A stretch of DNA of 64,000 nucleotides from Candidatus Latescibacterota bacterium (lineage in GTDB: Bacteria; Latescibacterota; UBA2968): NCBI GenBank assembly GCA_965198115.1, contig OZ240241.1, positions 5,376,001-5,440,000 on the forward strand, in the 5' to 3' direction. This document shows, in pieces, positions 51,799 to 62,328 of the stretch. The number at the start of each line of letters is the position of its first letter. The stretch's first letter is position 1. Made by a program: the position numbers and the translations under genes. The notes under the pieces were generated by a model that was not told where the DNA came from, did no database searches, and worked only from the letters and a program-made list of their open reading frames with translations.

Positions 51799-52557
51799 AT
51801 GAAGAACGTGCTCGTCCCGGTCTTCGGACTCTTTTTGTTCGGCCTGGCAGCGTGCGGGAGCGCACCCGCTCAACGGCGCCCCACGCCCGCCTACGCCGGA
51901 TCCTCCGTGATCCGAGAAGAGTTCGATCCGCAGACGCTCGACGACAATGATTTCTTGCTTCAGCCGACCGAGGGATTGCCGGTGCAAATCGTTCCTTCGG
52001 CGCCCTCACGGAGCGGGCGGAGGTCGGTGGCGAGAGAGGCGACACGTGGATACCGCATTCAGATCGCCGCCATCATCGACCGGGTTCGCGCCGAAAGCCT
52101 GAAGGGTCGCGCGGAGATTCAGCTCAAGGAGCGTGTCTACGTCGCCTACGACGAGCGCACCCGGTTGTACAAGCTTCACGTCGGGAATTGCAGGACGGCG
52201 GCAGAAGCGGAGACACTCCGGAAGCAGACGAAGGTGAAGGGGTATCCCGAAGCCTTTATCGTCCGATCGCGGATCGAAGTCGCACCTTCGCCCTACCGCC
52301 TCCCCGTCGAGTCGGGGTATCGTGTTCAGATCTTCTCCGCCACGAGCCGGGAGTCGGCGGAACGATCGCTCAAGGAAGCCAAGTCGCGACTCGAACGCGA
52401 AGATGTCTACATCGAATTCGAGCCGCCCTATTTCAAAGTACGTGTCGGGAACTTCAGGTCGAAGTCGGACGCCGACGACTTCCTCAAAACGGCGAGGAAG
52501 AACGGTTACGATACGCCGTTCCCCGTCAAGACCGAGATCCTATCGAACCCCCGATAG
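51799..52557 (+). CDS. SPOR-domain lipoprotein (two SPOR domains)
   Basis: Lipobox LAAC; GYRIQI...YKLHVG and GYRVQI...FKVRVG repeats. Confidence 0.85.
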   Translation: MKNVLVPVFGLFLFGLAACGSAPAQRRPTPAYAGSSVIREEFDPQTLDDNDFLLQPTEGLPVQIVPSAPSRSGRRSVAREATRGYRIQIAAIIDRVRAESLKGRAEIQLKERVYVAYDERTRLYKLHVGNCRTAAEAETLRKQTKVKGYPEAFIVRSRIEVAPSPYRLPVESGYRVQIFSATSRESAERSLKEAKSRLEREDVYIEFEPPYFKVRVGNFRSKSDADDFLKTARKNGYDTPFPVKTEILSNPR

Positions 52558-52593
52558 ATACTCCCCCGACGTCATTCGGTTGAGGACCGGCGA

Positions 52594-54444
52594 TTGCCTT
52601 CTGAACTGAGCGCGGGACGGCGCCGACCCTACCTACTCCTACGTCTTGCGATCCTGGCGCTGACCCTGATCGCGTGTGCCACGTTCGGTGCCAAACAGGC
52701 CGACGAAGCCGAAGTGGCGCCGCCCGTAGCCGTCGAGGAAACGGAGGACGCACCCTATGGGCACGTTCGACGGCTCCTCCATCAGGCCTTCTTCGACCTG
52801 CAGAACGGCCTCAACGGTGCCGCAGCCGATTCACTCGGCCTGGCCGCCGACGCGTTGATTCTCCTGCTGAATCCCGCTGCTTCCTCCGATTCCACCGAAG
52901 TAACTGAACTCACCCACGAAGAACGAGCTGGATTGGCCGGTCTGGTCCGGGCCACCGTTGAACTCTACGACGACGCCCTGCCCCGGGAGGCGCGCCTCGC
53001 TCGAGATCATCCTGCCGCCCGGCTGATTCAATCCCTCTCACCCGCGATCGAGTCGGACCTGCTCCAGCACCCCCGATACAGGGACCTCTATCTCCGAAAA
53101 TTGGCCGGAACGTCCGACGTTCTCATCGACCTGAACGACCGTGTTCGGCAGCAAATACGCTTCTTTCAGACCGACGGTGCGAAGGTCATGCGGACCTGGC
53201 TCCATCGTTCGGGCTCGTACGACGACCTGATCCGAGACGTTCTTCGAGAGGAAAGCCTGCCCGAAGACCTGATCTACCTGAGCATGATCGAGAGCGGGTT
53301 CAACCCAAAGGCCTATTCCAGGGCGCGAGCCGTGGGGCTTTGGCAGTTCATCCGACACACGGGCCGTCTCTATGGGCTCAAAAGCACGACCTGGGTGGAC
53401 GAACGTCGCGATCCCGTCAAGGCCACACACGCCGCTGCCCGACACCTCAAGCATCTCTACAACCTTTTCGGGGACTGGCGACTCGTCATCGCCGCCTACA
53501 ACTGTGGACAGGGCCGCCTCGATCGCGCCGTGCAGCAGGCCGGAACCGAAGACTTTTGGAAACTCGACGCGCTCCCCCGAGAGACGAAGAATCACCTGCC
53601 CAAATTCATGGCCGCCCTCCTGATCTCCCGCGATCCAAGCTTTTTCGGTATCCACGACCTCACGTTCGACCAGCCTCTGCAGTTCGACGTCGTCAAGGTC
53701 TCCGAAGCGGTCGATCTCCGCGTGGGTGCCGAGTGTGCGGGCACCAGCTACGAGCGCCTGCGCACGCTGAACCCCGAGCTGAGACTCGGCTACTCGCCTC
53801 CGCTGCAGCCGCGTCAATTCTACGCCCTCCGGATTCCGCTCGGGACCTCCAACCGGTTCAGGACGCAATACGCACGCGTACCCGAGTCGCGCAAGGTTCA
53901 GGTCGTCGAATACAAGGTGAGGTCCGGTCAGACGGTTTCCCACATTGCACGGGAGCTCGGTGTCTCTTCCCGCGCGATTCTCGACGCGAACGGGATTCGC
54001 GACCCCAGACGTCTGCGTGCCGGTCAAAAGCTCAAGATCCCCGTTCATCCACGGGGCCTCAAGGGTGCGACGCTCCGGGCCAGCGCCGAAACGGACGCCG
54101 GGTCGGGCAGGAAAGTGACCTACCGCGTCCGAAAGGGCGACACTCTGTGGGGAATCGCCAAAAAAATGGGCGTCAAACCACGTCAGATACAGGCGTGGAA
54201 CGAAATCCGGGCGAGGGAGCACATCCATCCCGGAGACCGTCTCACCATTTACAGAACGTCGACTCTGGTAGACGCGATGACCACACACTACCGCGTCCAA
54301 CGGGGTGACACACTCTGGGAAATCGCACGCGCCTTCGGAACGAGTGTGGGTGAACTCAAGCGACTGAACGGCATACAGAACGCGACGAGCCTTCGCGCAG
54401 GCACACGACTCCGCCTGCGTCAGGGCGATGCTCACGTCGAATGA
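52594..54444 (+). CDS. mltD: MltD-like lytic murein transglycosylase with three LysM domains
   Basis: IESGF, AVGLWQF, AAYNCG, LPRET; LysM repeats Y.V..GDTLW.IA. Confidence 0.85.
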   Translation: MPSELSAGRRRPYLLLRLAILALTLIACATFGAKQADEAEVAPPVAVEETEDAPYGHVRRLLHQAFFDLQNGLNGAAADSLGLAADALILLLNPAASSDSTEVTELTHEERAGLAGLVRATVELYDDALPREARLARDHPAARLIQSLSPAIESDLLQHPRYRDLYLRKLAGTSDVLIDLNDRVRQQIRFFQTDGAKVMRTWLHRSGSYDDLIRDVLREESLPEDLIYLSMIESGFNPKAYSRARAVGLWQFIRHTGRLYGLKSTTWVDERRDPVKATHAAARHLKHLYNLFGDWRLVIAAYNCGQGRLDRAVQQAGTEDFWKLDALPRETKNHLPKFMAALLISRDPSFFGIHDLTFDQPLQFDVVKVSEAVDLRVGAECAGTSYERLRTLNPELRLGYSPPLQPRQFYALRIPLGTSNRFRTQYARVPESRKVQVVEYKVRSGQTVSHIARELGVSSRAILDANGIRDPRRLRAGQKLKIPVHPRGLKGATLRASAETDAGSGRKVTYRVRKGDTLWGIAKKMGVKPRQIQAWNEIRAREHIHPGDRLTIYRTSTLVDAMTTHYRVQRGDTLWEIARAFGTSVGELKRLNGIQNATSLRAGTRLRLRQGDAHVE

Positions 54445-54979
54445 CGCGCCGCCAAGAGGTTCATCTCTGTCGATGACCGTTCTTCGCCACGTGTTGATGA
54501 TGATCCTGGCGCTGCTCGTGCAGACGTCGTGGGCGCACACGCTTCAGTTATTCGGGATACGCCCGGACTTCGTCCTCCTCGTCGTCGTCTATGTAGGAAT
54601 TGTGTCGGGGCAGGTGGAGGCGACGATACTGGGGTTCGTGTCCGGCTTTCTGCTCGACGTCTACAACCCGGCGTTCATGGGCGTGAACGCGCTCGCCAAC
54701 GCCGTCGTCGGGTTCACCGTAGGCTACAGTCGTGAGGACATCGCCGCCGAAGAACTCAGAGTCCAGGGACTGGTCGTGTTTTTTGCCGGCCTGATCCAGA
54801 GCCTGATCTTCTTCGTTTTTTCATCCTTTGCGAACCTGGGCGCCATCCTGCCTGCCTTCTTCCGTTACGGCATCGGATCGGCCCTGTATTCGGCGATCAT
54901 CGGCATCGCACTGCTGCTGGCCGCGTCGGTCAGGTTTCAAGGAGGCCTTCGACTCGATGTTCGAAGACTTCATGAATAA
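54428..54979 (+). CDS. mreD: Rod shape-determining protein MreD
   Basis: Hydrophobic; RPDFVL and GF..G.LLD motifs; directly upstream of mrdA. Confidence 0.85.
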   Translation: MLTSNDAPPRGSSLSMTVLRHVLMMILALLVQTSWAHTLQLFGIRPDFVLLVVVYVGIVSGQVEATILGFVSGFLLDVYNPAFMGVNALANAVVGFTVGYSREDIAAEELRVQGLVVFFAGLIQSLIFFVFSSFANLGAILPAFFRYGIGSALYSAIIGIALLLAASVRFQGGLRLDVRRLHE

Positions 54980-56756
54980 CGGAACACGCGAGCGACAGGC
55001 GAAATGCCTGCTCGGCTTCGTGTTCGTGCTGTTCGGCGTTCTGGGCGTCCGCCTCTATTCTCTGCAGATCGGGGATTGGGAGCGATACCGGATACAGTCC
55101 GAAAAGAACACCATGCAGCCTGTCCCCCTCGTGGCCAGCAGGGGGCTGATCCGGGATCGACACGGTCGCATCGTCGTCGAAAACCGACCCTCCTACAGCA
55201 TCTCTGTCGTTCCGCCGCGTTTCCTAAAAGGCCTGCAGCCCGAGGCCAGAGCCCAGGGTATCAACCGCCTGAGCCGTCTCGTCGACCTCCCCGAGACGCT
55301 CGTGGAGCGCAAGCTCTCCAAGCGAAAACGGCATTACTACGAGCCCGTCAAGCTCAAACGGGATGTACGATTCGGAACCGTTTCCGTCGTCGAGGAAGAG
55401 CGCTACGACCTGACTGGCGTGGAAATACAGGTCGAGGCCAGACGCGGCTACCCGGAACTCGGAATCGGCGGCACGATTGCGCCCCACCTGCTCGGTTACG
55501 TCGGACTGATCGACCCCGACGAATACCCCCGCATGGCGGCAAAGGGCTACAGCTACGACGACCAGATCGGGAAGCGCGGGATCGAACGTCTGTGCGAGCC
55601 GCAGCTGCGCGGGCGCGACGGGCTCAAGTACATCGAGGTGAACGCCCACGGCCGCGAGGTCGGCAATTTCCCCGACAAGACACAACCTCCGATTCCGGGT
55701 CAGGACATCATCCTCACGCTCGACACACGGCTCCAGCAGGAGGCCGAAGCCGTGTTCGGCGACTCGCTGTCGGGCAGCCTGATCGCCCTCGACCCGTGGA
55801 CCGGCGAAGTCCTGGCCATGGTGAGCAAACCGGACTTCCATCCGCGAGCCATTCGGGACGAGACGGCCTGGGACCGGCTGACGAAGGACGATCTCAAACC
55901 GCTCCTCAACCGGTCGATCCAGGGTCTCTACGCCCCTGCGTCCGTGTTCAAGATGGTCATCTCGGTCGCGGCACTCGAAATGGGCATCCTGCATCCGGAT
56001 CAAGTTCGCTTCCCGCCGTGCCAGGGAGCCCTCGAATTCGGAGATCGTGTGTTTCACTGTCACGTCAAAGGGGGATGCGGGGAACTCACACTCCGTGGCG
56101 CTCTCATACGGTCGTGCGACGTCTTCTTCTATCACCTCGGTCGCGACGTCGGCATCGCGAACTGGCACCGCTACGCCCGCCGATTCGGCTTTGGCACCCC
56201 GACTCACATCGACATCGCCCGAGGTGGCGACGGGGAATCGCGTGGTCTTCTGCCCGACAGGGTTTACTATGAGCAACACCGGGGCAAGTGGTTCGAAGGG
56301 AACATGCTGAATCTCGCGATCGGCCAGGGCGAGACGCTCGTCACACCCGTGCAGATCGCACGATACAACGCGGCGCTGGCCACGGGCGTGCTCACGACAC
56401 CCCACCTCTTGCGTCACACCGACCCCGCCGGCTTGTCCCTGACCGACGTAGAAGTCTCACCGCAGACGCTCGACTACATTCGCGCCATTCTGGCCGACGT
56501 CGTATCGCATCCCTTCGGGACGGGCCGACGCGCCCGCATCGAGGGTGTCGAGATCGCCGGGAAAACCGGCACGGCCGAAAACTCGCACGGCGAAGACCAC
56601 GCCTGGTTCGTGGCCTACGCCCCATCCAAGCAACCCGAGATCGCCGTCACGATCCTCGTCGAGAACGGGGGCCAGGGTGGGGCCGTAGCCGGTCCCATGG
56701 CCAAACGCCTGCTCGAAACCTATTTCGAGATCCGAAAAAGAGGCACAGGGCATTAA
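54972..56756 (+). CDS. mrdA: Penicillin-binding protein 2
   Basis: RGLIRDR, SVFK (SxxK), SCD (SxD), KTGT motifs. Confidence 0.93.
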   Translation: MNNGTRERQAKCLLGFVFVLFGVLGVRLYSLQIGDWERYRIQSEKNTMQPVPLVASRGLIRDRHGRIVVENRPSYSISVVPPRFLKGLQPEARAQGINRLSRLVDLPETLVERKLSKRKRHYYEPVKLKRDVRFGTVSVVEEERYDLTGVEIQVEARRGYPELGIGGTIAPHLLGYVGLIDPDEYPRMAAKGYSYDDQIGKRGIERLCEPQLRGRDGLKYIEVNAHGREVGNFPDKTQPPIPGQDIILTLDTRLQQEAEAVFGDSLSGSLIALDPWTGEVLAMVSKPDFHPRAIRDETAWDRLTKDDLKPLLNRSIQGLYAPASVFKMVISVAALEMGILHPDQVRFPPCQGALEFGDRVFHCHVKGGCGELTLRGALIRSCDVFFYHLGRDVGIANWHRYARRFGFGTPTHIDIARGGDGESRGLLPDRVYYEQHRGKWFEGNMLNLAIGQGETLVTPVQIARYNAALATGVLTTPHLLRHTDPAGLSLTDVEVSPQTLDYIRAILADVVSHPFGTGRRARIEGVEIAGKTGTAENSHGEDHAWFVAYAPSKQPEIAVTILVENGGQGGAVAGPMAKRLLETYFEIRKRGTGH

Positions 56757-56843
56757 GGTAGCCGCGAGTCTGTCTCCGAACGGCACGCCGACATCGGCGC
56801 CCCACATCAGGGAAACTCGAATGACCGGAGCAACCCGATAGGC

Positions 56844-58064
56844 ATGAGCGTCACACGGTTCATACAGCGGGACCTCGACCTCGGTCTGGTCACGACCGTC
56901 CTCGCCGCCACACTGATCGGCATCACGATGATCTACAGCGCGACGTTCGACTGGGACCTCGGGACAGCAGGAACCACCTACCAGAAGCAGATCCTGTGGG
57001 CTTTCATCGCGCTAGCCGGAATGGCCCTGACCATCGTCATACCCCCCAAGCTCTACTACGCTTTCGCCTACATCATCTACGGGGTCGCCATCACAGTGCT
57101 CCTGCTCGTCCTGGAAGTCGGCGACAGGCGCTGGTTCAACTTTGGGCCGATCCACGTGCAGCCCTCGGAGCTGGCCAAAATCGCCACGGTCCTGGCCATC
57201 GCACGCTACCTGTCCTCCAGCAACCTGGACCTCGATCGCGTCAAGACCTTCATCGCACCCGCGCTCCTCGTGCTCCTCCCAGCCGTACTCGTCTACAAAC
57301 AACCCGACCTGGGAACCGCCCTCGTGTTCGGCGCGGTACTTTTCCCCATGCTCTACTGGGCGGGGCTGAGGCCGGTCAACATCTTCTTCATCGTCTCCCC
57401 CGGTCTGAGCCTGATCTGCGCGTTCCACCACTGGTCGCTGGGCCTTCTCTACCTCGCGATGATCGTCGTCGTGTTCCAGGTTCGCCCCCGACTGTCCACG
57501 ATGGCGATCCTGGGCGCCCTGAACCTCGCCGTGGCCATCGGTGCGCCCTACATCTGGGACAACAAGCTCCACGACTACCAGAAGGACCGAATCCTGACCT
57601 TCCTCAATCCCGATACCGATCGACTCGGCGGCGGTTATCAGGTCATTCAATCGAAGGTGGCCATTGGATCGGGCGGTCTGAAAGGGAAGGGCTATCTGCA
57701 GGGTACGCAGACCAAACTCGCCTTCCTGCCCGAGCAGCATACCGATTTCGTCTTCTCCGTCGTCGGAGAAGAATTCGGGTTCGTCGGTGCCGTCACCATC
57801 CTTCTCCTCTTCTTCTTCATCGTATGGCGGGCGCTTCAGATCGCCACGACCGTCAAAAGCCGGTTCTCGAGTCTCGTGGCCATCGGCCTGACCGCCATTC
57901 TCGTGTTCCACATCTTCGTCAACATCGGCATGACCATCGGCGTGATGCCCGTGACTGGACTGCCCCTGCCATTTCTCAGCTATGGAGGCTCGCCCCTCGT
58001 CATGAGCATGGCCCTCATCGGCTTTCTCCTCAACGTCCACGGACGACGGCACGAATACTACTGA
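56844..58064 (+). CDS. rodA: Rod shape-determining protein RodA (SEDS)
   Basis: QPSELAK, QPDLGT, AIGSGG, PEQHTDF, PVTGLPLPFLSYGGS. Confidence 0.95.
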   Translation: MSVTRFIQRDLDLGLVTTVLAATLIGITMIYSATFDWDLGTAGTTYQKQILWAFIALAGMALTIVIPPKLYYAFAYIIYGVAITVLLLVLEVGDRRWFNFGPIHVQPSELAKIATVLAIARYLSSSNLDLDRVKTFIAPALLVLLPAVLVYKQPDLGTALVFGAVLFPMLYWAGLRPVNIFFIVSPGLSLICAFHHWSLGLLYLAMIVVVFQVRPRLSTMAILGALNLAVAIGAPYIWDNKLHDYQKDRILTFLNPDTDRLGGGYQVIQSKVAIGSGGLKGKGYLQGTQTKLAFLPEQHTDFVFSVVGEEFGFVGAVTILLLFFFIVWRALQIATTVKSRFSSLVAIGLTAILVFHIFVNIGMTIGVMPVTGLPLPFLSYGGSPLVMSMALIGFLLNVHGRRHEYY

Positions 58065-58086
58065 GTCACCGATCACGCCAATAGAG

Positions 58087-58121
58087 AAGCGGCCTGCGAG
58101 GAAAATCTCACAGGCCGCTTT
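58087..58121. terminator. Hairpin terminator between convergent rodA and dnaE
   Basis: AAGCGGCCTG...CAGGCCGCTTT. Confidence 0.55.
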
Positions 58122-58176
58122 CATATGTGATCGGAACAGCACCACCCTACCATGGCGCTCGCCCATACACCAAAAC

Positions 58177-58272
58177 GTCCCCGTGCGGGAGCACGGGGAC
58201 GAGCGTGACGCTTTGTTTCTTTGATTAAATCAAATGGCGAACCGCTCGCCCCTGGGCTCTGCCCGGGGGCGC
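58177..58272. repeat. Pair of hairpin REPs of the CTCGCCCCCGTGCTCTGCACGGGGGC family
   Basis: gtccccgtgcgggagcacggggacgag and ctcgcccctgggctctgcccgggggcg; relatives at 41786-41811 and 30139-30167. Confidence 0.55.
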
Positions 58273-58312
58273 TGTTCCAGAGGCCATTGACTGGCGGCCC
58301 GCTTGGGCCGGG

Positions 58313-61300
58313 CTACGGGGCTGCCGGAACCGGTGACCCGTTCGCCCTGGCAGACCGCCTCGCCCTGACGGTCTCCGACGAGACCCACGACCGCGCTCCA
58401 GTGTTCGCGTCGATTTCTGAAAAAAGCGCTTCGGAGGGCAATACCTTCAGGTCGCGCGATCGGATCACCGTCCGCTGGGCGTCATCGATTTCCACGTGGA
58501 GAAACACCGAGCACGATCCCTCGTGACGCGCAAAAATGTCCCGGAGCACCTCCAGCTTCTCGTCCGTCAGATTGGGCCCCGACAACAACACGTTCACCGC
58601 GTCTGCCAGTTCTTCACGAGCTTGCTCGAGCGGGGTCAACTCCTCGACCTGCACGGAAAAACGTCCGTTCCGGTCCGACACGCGACCGTGCAGCGCGACC
58701 GTGGCATCCACGACGAAATCCGCTTTGATCTTCTCGAACGCGTCGGGAAACACGACCAACTCGACGGCGCCCTCGAGATCCTCCATCGCGCCGAAAGCCA
58801 TGGGACGACCATTCCGATCCGTGTGGCGCTTGAACTCCGTGATGAGACCGCCCAGCTTGATGCTCGCCCCGTCCGGCAGCCCGGACAGCTGTGTCGACGT
58901 CTTCAGACCGATATTCTCCAGGTCGCCACGGAACTTCTCCAGCGGATGGCCCGAAAGGTAGAACCCCAGAACCTCCTTCTCCCTGGCCAGCCGCTCCCGA
59001 TCGCTCCACTCCGCCACGTCGGGTAGCTCCGTGTTCGTGACCAGAGCGGCCTGCGCTTCCAACCCTTCGCCCCCAAACAGCGAAAATTGCCCCTTTGCCC
59101 GGTCGGCCTGGGCGTTCTGCGCCATCTCCAGAGCCCGGTCGAGCGCTTCGAAGAGTTGCCCTCGATGCCCGGACAGACAGTCGAGCGCACCGGCACAGAC
59201 GAGACTCTCGATCGCCCGTCTGTTGACGGCCCGCAGATCGATTCGCTCACAAAGGTCAAACAGGCTCTCGAACGGACCGTCCTCCTCACGCGCGGCCACG
59301 ATCGCCTCGACCGCACCGCGTCCCACATTCCGGACCGCTGCCATCCCCATGCGGACACTCGAATCGATAGCTAAAAAATCGACCGTGCTCTCGTTCACGT
59401 CCGGCGGCAGGACCTCGAGACCCATCCGACGACACTCCTCGACCAAGACGACCAGTCGATCGATATCCCCGATCTCGCTGTTCAGGTTCGCCGCCATGAA
59501 GTCTGCCGGATAGTGTGCCTTGAGGTAGGCACACTGATAGGCGACCATCGAATAGCCCGAGCTGTGCGCCTTGTTGAAACCGTAACCGGAGAAAACTTCG
59601 ATGTCGGACCAGACCCGTTCGCTGATCTCTCGTGAAACACCGTTCTTCTCGCACCCGTCCAAAAAGTCCGCCCGGTATTCCTCCATCACCTCCGCGAGCT
59701 TCTTCCCCATCGCCTTCCGGATCCCGTCGGCCTTGCCCAGCGTGAACCCTGCCAGGTCGCGACAGAGCCGCTGCACCTGCTCCTGGTAGGTGATGATGCC
59801 GTGGGTCTCCTCTAGCGACGGCCGCATCCGGTCGTGATCGTAAGTGACGGCCTCGCGCCCGTTCTTTCGGTCGATGTAGTTGGGGATGTATTTCATCGGG
59901 CCGGGCCGATACAGCGCGTTCATAGCGATAATGTCGCCAATCTTGTCCGGCTTGAGTTGGGTCAGGTAATTCCTCATACCCGGTGATTCGAACTGGAACA
60001 CCCCCGTCGTCTCCCCCCGCCCGAAGAGGGCGTAGGTCTCCTCGTCGTTAAGCGGAAGATCGTCCACGTCCAGCTCCACACTGTGATTCTCCTTCAACAT
60101 CGCGACCGTATCGCTGATGACCGTCAGGTTGCGCAGCCCGAGGAAATCCATCTTGAGGAAGCCCAGATCCTCGACGTGGTGCCAGTTGTACTGCGTCATT
60201 ACCTCCCCACCCTTCGGTGCTTTGTAGAGAGGTAAGAGCTCCGTCAACGGCTTGGGCGCGATGACGACCGCCGCGGCGTGAATCGAGCAGTGCCGGGCCA
60301 TCCCCTCGAGCTTTCGAGCGATCTCCAGCAGCTTCTGGCCCTGATCCCCGTCGACCGACAGCGCCTTCAGTTCGGGAGACTGCTCGATCGCCTTGTCGAC
60401 CGTCATTTTCAGCTCGGCCGGCACCATCTTGGCCACTCGGTCCACCTCCCCGAACGGCATGTTCATCACTCGCCCGACGTCCCGAATCACGGCTTTCGCA
60501 CCCATCGTACCGAACGTGATGATCTGACACACGTTGTCGCGTCCGTATTTTTCCACGACGTATTCAATGACCCGCTCGCGGTCACGATCGGCGATGTCAT
60601 AGTCGATGTCGGGAGGCGAGATGCGGTCGGGGTTCAGGAAGCGTTCGAACACCAGTTCGTATTCGAGGGGATCGACGGTCGTGATCTCCAGAGCGTAGCT
60701 CACCAGACTGCTGACCGCCGACCCGCGTCCACCCGCCCGGATTTCATTTTCTCGACAGAAGTCGACCAGGTCTCCCAGAATTAAAAAGTAACCGGGATAA
60801 CCGGTCTGCTGAATCACGTCGAGCTCGAACGTCAGCCGCTCTTCGTATTCGGGTGTGATCCTCCCGATTCGATCCTCCAAGCCCTTGCGCGCCCGATGCT
60901 CCAGGTAGACCAGAGGATCGTCGAAACCCGCCGGCAGCGGAAAGTCGGGGGCGTGGGATTCCTCGAATGACATTTCAAAATGGCACTTGTCCGCAATCTC
61001 CACGGTCTGCTCGCACGCGTGGGGCAGGTCGTGGAACAGCGTGTACATCTCTTCGGCCGATTTGAAATAGACCCCCGACGGATAGCACATCCGATTTGGA
61101 TCGTCGAGCGTCTTGCCTGTCTGAATGGCCACGAGGGCGGCGTGGGCCTCGTGGTCCTCTTCTCGCAGAAAGTGAGAATCGTTCGTCGCGACGAGTGGAA
61201 TACCCATCTCTTTATGAAGCTTCAGCAACCCGTCGTTGATCTTCTCCTCTTTGTCGATCCCGTGACGCTGAATTTCCAGATAAAAGTCATCCCCGAAGAT

Positions 61301-61804
61301 GTCGACGTAGTCTTCGGCTGCCTTTTGGGCCTCCCCAACGCCCTCCCGCTCGATCAGATGCGGAATCTCACCGCTCACACAGGCCGACAGACAAACCAGC
61401 CCCTCCGAGTGCGCGCGCAGCAACTCCCTGTCGATCCGTGGGGCGTAGTAAAAGCCCTCCAGGTAACCCGATGACACGAGCTTGGTCAGATTCTTGTAGC
61501 CGACCTCATTCTTGACGAGCAACACGAGATGGTTGGACGCACTCTGAATGCCACGCGCCAGCTTTTTCGAAAATCGGCTCTCGATCGCGCAGTAGACTTC
61601 ACACCCGATGATCGGTTTGACATCGGCCTCCCGCATGCCCCGGTAAAAATCGATCGCGCCAAAGAGATTTCCGTGATCCGTCATCGCGACGGCGGGCATT
61701 CCCCACTCTGCTGCCCGCTCTGCGATGGACCCGATCTTGCTCGCACCGTCGAGCAGACTGTATTCGGTGTGGCTGTGCAGATGTACGAAGTCAGATGCGG
61801 CCAT
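58313..61804 (-). CDS. dnaE: DNA polymerase III alpha subunit
   Basis: FVHLHSHTEYSLLDG PHP domain, PDIDYD, KMDFLGL, GFNKAHS, C-terminal OB fold; ATG at 61804. Confidence 0.97.
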   Translation of the reverse strand: MAASDFVHLHSHTEYSLLDGASKIGSIAERAAEWGMPAVAMTDHGNLFGAIDFYRGMREADVKPIIGCEVYCAIESRFSKKLARGIQSASNHLVLLVKNEVGYKNLTKLVSSGYLEGFYYAPRIDRELLRAHSEGLVCLSACVSGEIPHLIEREGVGEAQKAAEDYVDIFGDDFYLEIQRHGIDKEEKINDGLLKLHKEMGIPLVATNDSHFLREEDHEAHAALVAIQTGKTLDDPNRMCYPSGVYFKSAEEMYTLFHDLPHACEQTVEIADKCHFEMSFEESHAPDFPLPAGFDDPLVYLEHRARKGLEDRIGRITPEYEERLTFELDVIQQTGYPGYFLILGDLVDFCRENEIRAGGRGSAVSSLVSYALEITTVDPLEYELVFERFLNPDRISPPDIDYDIADRDRERVIEYVVEKYGRDNVCQIITFGTMGAKAVIRDVGRVMNMPFGEVDRVAKMVPAELKMTVDKAIEQSPELKALSVDGDQGQKLLEIARKLEGMARHCSIHAAAVVIAPKPLTELLPLYKAPKGGEVMTQYNWHHVEDLGFLKMDFLGLRNLTVISDTVAMLKENHSVELDVDDLPLNDEETYALFGRGETTGVFQFESPGMRNYLTQLKPDKIGDIIAMNALYRPGPMKYIPNYIDRKNGREAVTYDHDRMRPSLEETHGIITYQEQVQRLCRDLAGFTLGKADGIRKAMGKKLAEVMEEYRADFLDGCEKNGVSREISERVWSDIEVFSGYGFNKAHSSGYSMVAYQCAYLKAHYPADFMAANLNSEIGDIDRLVVLVEECRRMGLEVLPPDVNESTVDFLAIDSSVRMGMAAVRNVGRGAVEAIVAAREEDGPFESLFDLCERIDLRAVNRRAIESLVCAGALDCLSGHRGQLFEALDRALEMAQNAQADRAKGQFSLFGGEGLEAQAALVTNTELPDVAEWSDRERLAREKEVLGFYLSGHPLEKFRGDLENIGLKTSTQLSGLPDGASIKLGGLITEFKRHTDRNGRPMAFGAMEDLEGAVELVVFPDAFEKIKADFVVDATVALHGRVSDRNGRFSVQVEELTPLEQAREELADAVNVLLSGPNLTDEKLEVLRDIFARHEGSCSVFLHVEIDDAQRTVIRSRDLKVLPSEALFSEIDANTGARSWVSSETVRARRSARANGSPVPAAP

Positions 61805-62109
61805 TGGATCTCCGCCTACGCTGAAGAGGTGTTGGAAAACTTGGGAGCAACCAGGGAGTCGTGTGATAAACGCCGCGAGAAAAATTTGGCCGGGGTCGGC
61901 CGTGCGGCGGCTGGCGGGCGAGAGGGAGGCCCGCTGAGGAGGAATGTAGTCCACGCCACCCGAATGTCAATCTTCATCGCTAAACCGGAAAAACCTGACG
62001 CATCGGGCGAAAGAACGGGCATAAATTTCTCGCACCGAGCTGCAAAAAGAGTGCAAAAAACCATCCCAAGGTGAACGATTTCAATCAGTTATACTCATTC
62101 TTCCAAATT

Positions 62110-62218
62110 GGCACGCGTCTTGTTTAGGTTCTCTCTGACTCTGAGTGGTACCGATTGGTCAAGCCCCCTCCGGCGGCGGTAGGAACCCTTTGTGGTGACC
62201 GAAACCGGGGGGTTTTTT
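62110..62218 (+). ncRNA. Candidate sigma54-type small RNA
   Basis: TGGCACG-N4-TTGT motif then ~85 nt closed by CCCCCTCCGG...CCGGGGGG-TTTTTT. Confidence 0.3.
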
Positions 62219-62328
62219 ATGCCTTCCCAGCAACACACCGAGTATTCTGGCGCCACCAGCCCCACTTTGCCGTTTGCCTTCCGACTTTTGCCTTCTGACG
62301 CCCCCCCTTTTCGTATACTTTCTCCCTC

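Noticed and set aside
58313-61954. Intein or N-terminal extension in DnaE
   Set aside because: Length is normal from ATG 61804 and no intein motifs are seen; the extra 50 codons are upstream open frame
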